A DNA stretch of 64,000 bases from an uncultured Actinomycetota bacterium. GTDB lineage: Bacteria; Actinomycetota; Actinomycetes; Propionibacteriales; Propionibacteriaceae. Shown one piece after another: positions 58,193-64,000 of the stretch (positions within the stretch are counted from its first letter, which is position 1; each line of letters starts with the position of its first letter). The stretch lies in the NCBI GenBank assembly GCA_963840505.1, contig CAWIZB010000018.1, positions 73,292-137,291 of the forward strand, in the 5' to 3' direction. The notes under the pieces were generated by a model that worked only from the letters and a program-made list of their open reading frames with translations, ran no database searches and had not been told where the DNA came from. The translations under genes were made by a program, and so were the position numbers.

Positions 58193-59464
58193 ATGAAGAA
58201 GCTCGTCCGCCCTCTTGTCGCGCTCGTGGTCGTGATGCTCGGGGTAGTCATCGTGCCGCCGGCGCAGGCCAAAGCACCGCCGCCGTCGTCGTATTCACCG
58301 CAGACCGGCGCGCTATTCAACAATCCCGACGGGACCTCAGCCGAGCAGCTGGCCCTGCTGAACCACATCACCAACGCAATCGACAGTGTCCCCGAAAACT
58401 CCATCATTCGGATCGCGGCCTATTCGTTCAGTTACCAGCCCATGGCCGACGCATTGATCGACGCGCACGAGCGGGGTGTGCAAGTGCGTCTGCTGATCGA
58501 CAGCCACACCGACACATCTCAGTTGAAGGCATTGCGCAGCGCCCTCGGCACAGACAGGAGCAAGTCCAGCTACCTCAGAACCTGCACGTACGGCTGCATG
58601 TCGAGCAAGGCCTCGTACATGCACTCCAAGCTCTACCTGTTCTCGCGGGCAGGTAGCTCGACGCGTGTGTCGATGATCTCCTCGACGAACCCGGCGTGGA
58701 CCGGAGCCAGGGAATCTTGGAACAACCTCTACACAATCGCCGGCGACAAGACCATTTACGACGCAAACGTTGACAACTTCAACGACATGCTGCCCGACAA
58801 GACCAACACCGACTACTACCACACCGTGTCCAGCGGCCCTTACAAGCAGTACTTCTTCCCGCGGGCCGGCTCTACGCCCACGTCGGACACGCTCTACAAC
58901 GTGCTGTCCGATGTCACGTGCACCGGGGCTGCTTCCGGCTACGGGGCCGGCGGCAAGACCGTGATCAAGGTCGCGGCATACCAGTGGACGTCCCTCCGCA
59001 TTCACATCGCCAAGAAGCTCACCGAGCTGAAGGGGAAGGGTTGCAGCATCGAGGTGATCTACCCCTCCGACAACGTCGATACGGAGGTCGCGACTGAGCT
59101 CCTCCAGAAGAGCATCCCCGTCTACAACGGTCGCCTGGACCGCGACAATGACGGCGTCAATGATCTCTACCCGCACAGCAAGTATGTATTGATCAATGGC
59201 GTGTACCAGGGCAACGCGAAGGTCAAGGCTGTCTACACCGCTTCGCAGAACTTCACCAACACCAGCCTTCGGGAAAGCAACGAGGTGATGCTGCGGATCC
59301 CGATCAATTCGGTTCATGATCAATACGTCAGCAACTTCAACCTCATCAAGAACAACTACACGGTGAAGGTGACGTCGGCTTCGTCGGCTTCCAAGACGAC
59401 CGCTGGCGTTGACAGCGCACGTAAACGGGTCCTCCGCGACAACGCCCCTGACCCTGACGAGTAA
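58193..59464 (+). CDS. Secreted phospholipase D-like protein
   Basis: Signal peptide (VIVPPAQA); two HxK motifs (MHSKLYLF, PHSKYVLI) followed by SSTN / SQN. Confidence 0.85.
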   Translation: MKKLVRPLVALVVVMLGVVIVPPAQAKAPPPSSYSPQTGALFNNPDGTSAEQLALLNHITNAIDSVPENSIIRIAAYSFSYQPMADALIDAHERGVQVRLLIDSHTDTSQLKALRSALGTDRSKSSYLRTCTYGCMSSKASYMHSKLYLFSRAGSSTRVSMISSTNPAWTGARESWNNLYTIAGDKTIYDANVDNFNDMLPDKTNTDYYHTVSSGPYKQYFFPRAGSTPTSDTLYNVLSDVTCTGAASGYGAGGKTVIKVAAYQWTSLRIHIAKKLTELKGKGCSIEVIYPSDNVDTEVATELLQKSIPVYNGRLDRDNDGVNDLYPHSKYVLINGVYQGNAKVKAVYTASQNFTNTSLRESNEVMLRIPINSVHDQYVSNFNLIKNNYTVKVTSASSASKTTAGVDSARKRVLRDNAPDPDE

Positions 59465-59474
59465 ACGTCCTTCG

Positions 59475-60671
59475 TTGCGACGCGTCACCGCGGTTGTTCT
59501 AGCTGGTGGCGCGTCGCAGCGCTTCCCTCCTGACAAACTGAGTCAGTTGGTGGAGGGCACATCGTTGCTGGACCGTGCGCTCGCCTCACTGCCGGAACAG
59601 TTCGAGGTCGTGGTCGTCGGCTCGGTGCGCCAAGTCGCCCGTCCGGCGATCTTCACTTCAGAGGATCCTCCCGGTGGAGGGCCAGCCGCGGCAATGATCG
59701 CCGGACTTCGTCGAGCGCTGGCAGAATCCGCCGACGTCATCGTCGTGCTACCGGCGGATGCGCCGCTCGGCGGTCAGGCGGCGAGCACTTTGCTCAGCCG
59801 CCTGGAGGGCGATCCGACCGCCGAAGCGGTCGTCGGCGTTGATGCACACGGTCGAGAGCAGCCGCTCCAGCTCGCCTTACGACCCGCCGCGGCCGAAGCA
59901 CTGGTGACGGCAGCCGGGCCAGCTGGTGCGGCCGGAGTGTCGGCGCGCCGGCTGCTCGATGCGCTCCGACCGGGATTGGTCTCTCATGAGTTGGCGACCG
60001 CCGAGCTCTGGGACATTGACACCGCCGATCAACTACTTGCCTGGCGGCTGCGGTCCTCAGCGGCCGTGTCATCGATCCTGGAGCTGGCAGCCGAGAGGCA
60101 GACGGGAATCGACCGGCCGGTTGTCATTGCCATTGATGGTCCGAGCTGTGCCGGCAAGTCAATCCTCGCGACCGCGCTGGCGCTTCGATCTGGGGCTGCG
60201 GTCGTCGCAGGCGACGACTTCTACCGCAACACGCTGCCACGACTGAGCGTTGCGCAGCGGGAGGCGATGTCGGATGCCGCGGTGGTGGATGCCGTGATCG
60301 ATTGGGAGCGGCTCCGAGCAGCAGCGCTGCTGCCCTTGCGGGCTAGGCAGTCGGCCACGTTCCAGCCCTACGACTGGAATGCTGACGACGGCCGGCTGGC
60401 ACCGCCGAAGATCATTCCGGCTTCGGACGTGATCATCCTGGAGGGCGTCTACGCTGCACAGCCGGACCTCGCCGATCTGGTCGATATTGCCGTCTACCTC
60501 GGCGTCGATCCTCAGGTCCGTGCCAGCCGGTATGCCGAACGGAAGAACGATCCGGAATGGCAGCGCTTTTGGGAGCGCGGTGAGGCTCATTATTTCCGCG
60601 TCATCCGTCCTCCAGCGAGCTTCGACCTTCGCGTGGACGATCAAGATTTACGCAACGTTCGCGATGCCTAA
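59475..60671 (+). CDS. MobA-like NTP transferase fused to a uridine-kinase-like P-loop domain (start uncertain)
   Basis: VLAGGASQRF..DK, GGPAAA, LPADAP, DIDT; then IAIDGPSCAGKS, DDFY, YDW, ILEGVY. Confidence 0.8.
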   Translation: MRRVTAVVLAGGASQRFPPDKLSQLVEGTSLLDRALASLPEQFEVVVVGSVRQVARPAIFTSEDPPGGGPAAAMIAGLRRALAESADVIVVLPADAPLGGQAASTLLSRLEGDPTAEAVVGVDAHGREQPLQLALRPAAAEALVTAAGPAGAAGVSARRLLDALRPGLVSHELATAELWDIDTADQLLAWRLRSSAAVSSILELAAERQTGIDRPVVIAIDGPSCAGKSILATALALRSGAAVVAGDDFYRNTLPRLSVAQREAMSDAAVVDAVIDWERLRAAALLPLRARQSATFQPYDWNADDGRLAPPKIIPASDVIILEGVYAAQPDLADLVDIAVYLGVDPQVRASRYAERKNDPEWQRFWERGEAHYFRVIRPPASFDLRVDDQDLRNVRDA

Positions 60672-60772
60672 ATCCGCCTGATCTCCTTACAGGGTTGAGA
60701 TGTAGCTCGGCTCGAGTGTCTTTGCACCCAACAAGACGATGTGCCCGCGAGAGTCGTAGACTCGTGCCTGAT

Positions 60773-60798
60773 GACTTAGTGAAGTTTTTCACTAAGTC
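60773..60798. promoter_or_regulatory. Rex-like operator in an 11-bp perfect inverted repeat upstream of menJ-nuo
   Basis: GACTTAGTGAA-GTTT-TTCACTAAGTC, just downstream of a TAGACT -10 (60757-60762). Confidence 0.7.
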
Positions 60799-60821
60799 CC
60801 GGGGTAACGGCAGGAGACGCC

Positions 60822-62144
60822 ATGTCGGTCACGACGAACGGGCTCGGCCCGTACGCGGAGACTGACGAACGTGCTCGTTCGACCACCCCTGCTATCGACG
60901 CTGACGTGATCGTGGTCGGCGCTGGCCCAGCCGGTTCGGCCACGGCGACACACCTGGCGCGCCACGGCTTGCGCGTCTCGCTGCTGGAAAAGAGCCGGTT
61001 TCCTCGCGAGAAGGTCTGCGGCGACGGCCTCACGCCGCGGGGCACCAGGCAGCTGATCCGGCTTGGCATTGACACGTCGGAAGCGGCCGGCTGGCTGCAC
61101 AACAAAGGCTTGCGTATCTACGGTGGTGAGCGTCCCTTCCAGCTGGAGTGGCCAGATCTTGCCGACTTTCCTTCCTACGGCCTGGTCAGGCCTCGTGCCG
61201 ACTTCGATGATTTGTTGGCGCGCCATGCGGTGGCGGCGGGGGCCTCGCTGTACGAACTCAGCAATGTGGTCGAGCCGATCATCGACTCCCATACCCAGCG
61301 CATCGTTGGAGTCCGCACCAAGGACGGCCGCCGTTTCACGGCCCCGCTGGTTGTGGCTGCGGATGGAAATTCGACCCGGTTGAGCCTCGCCATGGGACTG
61401 AACAGGCGTGAGGACCGGCCCATGGGCGTCGCTGTTCGCACCTACTACGCCAGCCCACGACACCGTGACGACTACCTGGAGTCCTGGCTGGAGCTGTGGG
61501 ACGGCAAGCCGGGCAAGAGCGCTCTGCTGCCCGGATATGGATGGATCTTTGGCATGGGCGACGGCACCTGCAATGTCGGGCTCGGGATCCTGAACACCTC
61601 AGCTGCCTTCGGGAAGACCGACTACAAGGATCTGCTCCGACGCTGGCTGCAGAACACACCGGAGGATTGGGGTTTTCGGAGTGAGAACATGATCACCCCA
61701 GTGCGCGGAGCGGCGCTCCCTATGGGCTTCAACCGCCAGCCGCACTACGGTCGTGGTCTGCTGCTGGTCGGTGATGCCGGCGGGATGATCAACCCCTTCA
61801 ACGGCGAGGGCATCGCGTACGCCATGGAGTCCGCTGAGATCGCCGCAGCTGCGATGGCCGAGGCACACGAGCGGGGATCCGGCAGCCCGGCCGCCGAGCG
61901 GGCGCTGCAGTCGTATCCGACCAAGCTGAAGGCGGAGCTAGGCGGCTACTACACCCTGGGTCGCGCCTTCGTTAAGCTGATCGGCCATCCGCGGGTGATG
62001 CGAGTCTGCACGACGTACGGGCTGCCCCGGCGGACCTTGATGCAGTTCACGTTGAAGCTGCTCGCCAACCTGACCGATGCCAACGACGGCGACGGGATGG
62101 ATAAGTTGATCAACTCGTTGTCCAGGATTGCGCCGGCCGCATGA
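60822..62144 (+). CDS. menJ: Geranylgeranyl reductase family (menaquinone reductase MenJ-like)
   Basis: VGAGPAGS, FPREKVCGDGLTPRG, GDAGGMINPFNGEGI; immediately upstream of nuoA. Confidence 0.88.
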   Translation: MSVTTNGLGPYAETDERARSTTPAIDADVIVVGAGPAGSATATHLARHGLRVSLLEKSRFPREKVCGDGLTPRGTRQLIRLGIDTSEAAGWLHNKGLRIYGGERPFQLEWPDLADFPSYGLVRPRADFDDLLARHAVAAGASLYELSNVVEPIIDSHTQRIVGVRTKDGRRFTAPLVVAADGNSTRLSLAMGLNRREDRPMGVAVRTYYASPRHRDDYLESWLELWDGKPGKSALLPGYGWIFGMGDGTCNVGLGILNTSAAFGKTDYKDLLRRWLQNTPEDWGFRSENMITPVRGAALPMGFNRQPHYGRGLLLVGDAGGMINPFNGEGIAYAMESAEIAAAAMAEAHERGSGSPAAERALQSYPTKLKAELGGYYTLGRAFVKLIGHPRVMRVCTTYGLPRRTLMQFTLKLLANLTDANDGDGMDKLINSLSRIAPAA

Positions 62145-62178
62145 GCAACGTGGACACCTGGGGAAGGGGAGCTAGCTG

Positions 62179-62538
62179 GTGAGTCCGTACATCGGGATCG
62201 TGATCTTGCTGGCGATTGCATCAGGGTTCGTCGCGCTGACCATTCTGACCAGCGTGCTGGTGGGTCCGGGGCGGTACAACCGAGCCAAGTACGACTCGTA
62301 CGAGTGCGGCATCGAGCCGACACCCCAGCCCATAGGTGGCGGCCGGTTCCCGGTGAAGTACTACATCACCGCGATGCTCTTCATCGTTTTCGACATTGAG
62401 ATCGTTTTTCTTTACCCGTGGGCCGTGGCGTTTGATCTCATGGGCACCTTCGCGCTAGTCGAAATGATCTTGTTCATCGGCACCGTCTTCATTGCCTACT
62501 TCTACGTGCTGCGCCGGGGTGGGCTGGATTGGGATTGA
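62179..62538 (+). CDS. nuoA: NADH-quinone oxidoreductase subunit A
   Basis: YECGIEP, YYITAMLFIVFDIEIVFLYPWA. Confidence 0.97.
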   Translation: MSPYIGIVILLAIASGFVALTILTSVLVGPGRYNRAKYDSYECGIEPTPQPIGGGRFPVKYYITAMLFIVFDIEIVFLYPWAVAFDLMGTFALVEMILFIGTVFIAYFYVLRRGGLDWD

Positions 62539-62556
62539 GAATGCAAGCGAGCAGGA

Positions 62557-63123
62557 GTGTTGGCTGAGATGGGCCTCGAGGAGAAGCTTCCCAGCGGTGT
62601 GATGCTGACCACCGTTGAGAATCTGTTCGGCTACATGCGGAGCGCTGCTTTTTGGCCCGCCACGTTCGGTCTGGCGTGCTGCGCGATCGAGATGATGACG
62701 TACGGCGCGCCGCGTTATGACTCCGGTCGCTGGGGGCAGGAAGTGTTTCGTGCCTCGCCCCGGCAGGCCGACCTGATGATCGTCGCTGGCCGAGTGAGCC
62801 AGAAGATGGCGCCGGTGCTGCGCCAGATCTACGACCAGATGCCCAATCCGAAATGGGTGCTTGCCATGGGTGTCTGCGCCAGCACCGGCGGAATGTTCAA
62901 CAACTACGCGATCGTGCAAGGAGTGGACCACGTCGTCCCCGTTGACATGTACCTGCCCGGCTGCCCGCCGCGGCCGGAGATGCTGATCGACGCCATGTTC
63001 AAGCTGCGGGACAAAGTGCGGCACACCCCGATCGGCCTCGACGCGATCGAGGCCGCGCAGGAGGCGGAGCAAAAGCAGCTGGAGGCGCCCGCCCTCCTTG
63101 AGCAGAAGGGCCTGCTTCGATGA
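62557..63123 (+). CDS. nuoB: NADH-quinone oxidoreductase subunit B
   Basis: [32 protein letters not shown]. Confidence 0.97.
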   Translation: MLAEMGLEEKLPSGVMLTTVENLFGYMRSAAFWPATFGLACCAIEMMTYGAPRYDSGRWGQEVFRASPRQADLMIVAGRVSQKMAPVLRQIYDQMPNPKWVLAMGVCASTGGMFNNYAIVQGVDHVVPVDMYLPGCPPRPEMLIDAMFKLRDKVRHTPIGLDAIEAAQEAEQKQLEAPALLEQKGLLR

Positions 63124-64000
63124 CCGAAGGCCCCCCTCCTCGCAAGCCGCCTCGAAAGCGGACGCGCAAGCAGGCGAAGCGCCCTGAGCCTAAAGAGATG
63201 CGCCCTGAGCCTGTCGAAGGGCAGCATGAGGACGCTTCGACAAGCTCAGCGCCCATTCATGAGGAGTCCGACGAGAAGGCGCCGATCAAGGGCGCGGTGC
63301 CCGAGGGTGAATCCGAGCCGGACGCCGAAACCAAGCCTGAGTCACTGACAGGAGCAGCGCCAGAGGTCGACTCTGGGGCGACTGCGGCGGAGGAGGATGA
63401 AGCTCAACTAGTCACCGCCGAGCCGACCGCCGAGGTACTCCAGGCCCGTAGGGGCATGTTCGGCGTCAAGGGCAGCGGCGACACTTCGGGATACGGCGGC
63501 CTGACCCGCGTTGTGGAATTTCCGGGTGCTGCCACCCCGCCGTTCGGTGGCTGGTGGGACCAGGTGTACGAACGGATCGGTACGCTGATTCCCAACTTCA
63601 GCGACGTGATCATCAAGGTCGTCATCTACCGCGGTGAGATCACCTTTCACGTCGCGCGGCAGCATCTGGCTGAGTTGGTTCGGTACCTCAGGGACGACGC
63701 TCACCTGCGCTTCGAGTTCTGTAGCAGCGTGTCCGGGGTGCACTATCCGGCTGACAAGGACCGTGAGCTGCACGCGGTCTATCACTTGCAGTCCATGACT
63801 CATAACCGGCGCATCCGGCTGGAGGTATCGGCGCCCGACGGTGACCCGCACATCCCATCGGTGGTGGCCACCTATCCCACCGCCGACTGGCACGAACGCG
63901 AGACCTACGACATGTTCGGCATCATCTTCGATGGCCATCCGGCCTTGACCCGGATCCTGATGCCTGACGATTGGCCCGGCCACCCGCAGCGCAAGGACTA
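63120..64000 (+). CDS. nuoC: NADH-quinone oxidoreductase subunit C (partial, runs off the window end), with a long N-terminal extension
   Basis: ATGA overlap with nuoB; open frame to [47 protein letters not shown]. Confidence 0.93.
   Translation, partial: MTEGPPPRKPPRKRTRKQAKRPEPKEMRPEPVEGQHEDASTSSAPIHEESDEKAPIKGAVPEGESEPDAETKPESLTGAAPEVDSGATAAEEDEAQLVTAEPTAEVLQARRGMFGVKGSGDTSGYGGLTRVVEFPGAATPPFGGWWDQVYERIGTLIPNFSDVIIKVVIYRGEITFHVARQHLAELVRYLRDDAHLRFEFCSSVSGVHYPADKDRELHAVYHLQSMTHNRRIRLEVSAPDGDPHIPSVVATYPTADWHERETYDMFGIIFDGHPALTRILMPDDWPGHPQRKD
63179..63252. repeat. REP-like palindrome inside the nuoC coding sequence
   Basis: CTGAGCCTGTCGAAG (63205-63219) paired with CTTCGACAAGCTCAG (63235-63249). 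Confidence 0.75.

Overview
High-GC actinobacterial chromosome segment, most like Propionibacteriales (Microlunatus-like); the taxon is inferred from gene content only. Positions 1 to ~15190 are the right part of an integrative mobile element. It carries a MobF/TrwC relaxase-helicase, a Prim-Pol gene under a LexA-type box, an IS110 with its noncoding guide region, decayed phage parts, a hypothetical+PIN gene pair and a tyrosine integrase. It ends in a tRNA-Lys(UUU) whose 3' half is not properly restored. Positions ~15.2-37 kb are accessory and stress genes: dodecin, glycosyltransferase, nitroreductase, a permease/amidase/ADP-ribosylglycohydrolase/PfkB operon, three USPs, an MFS pump, ankyrin proteins, ArsR-SRPBCC, ECF-Ogt and an M4 protease fused to an emfourin-like inhibitor. 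The most unusual locus is 37.4-39.0 kb. It holds an unannotated small gene encoding about 8 GHSLR repeats whose nucleotide differences are all synonymous, an upstream palindromic operator, a separate highly structured small RNA candidate and a convergent TrmB-LuxR regulator. Positions 39-64 kb are core metabolism: gndA, cell-wall glycopolymer genes, menA/E/C/D/G/F/J, sigK-rskA, an ABC pair, a PLD-like protein and nuoABC, with Rex/CRP-like boxes and REP/MITE-like palindromes. Many frameshifts, several at homopolymer runs, suggest long-read indel errors, so pseudogene calls are provisional. No database searches were run; family assignments rest on motif recognition.
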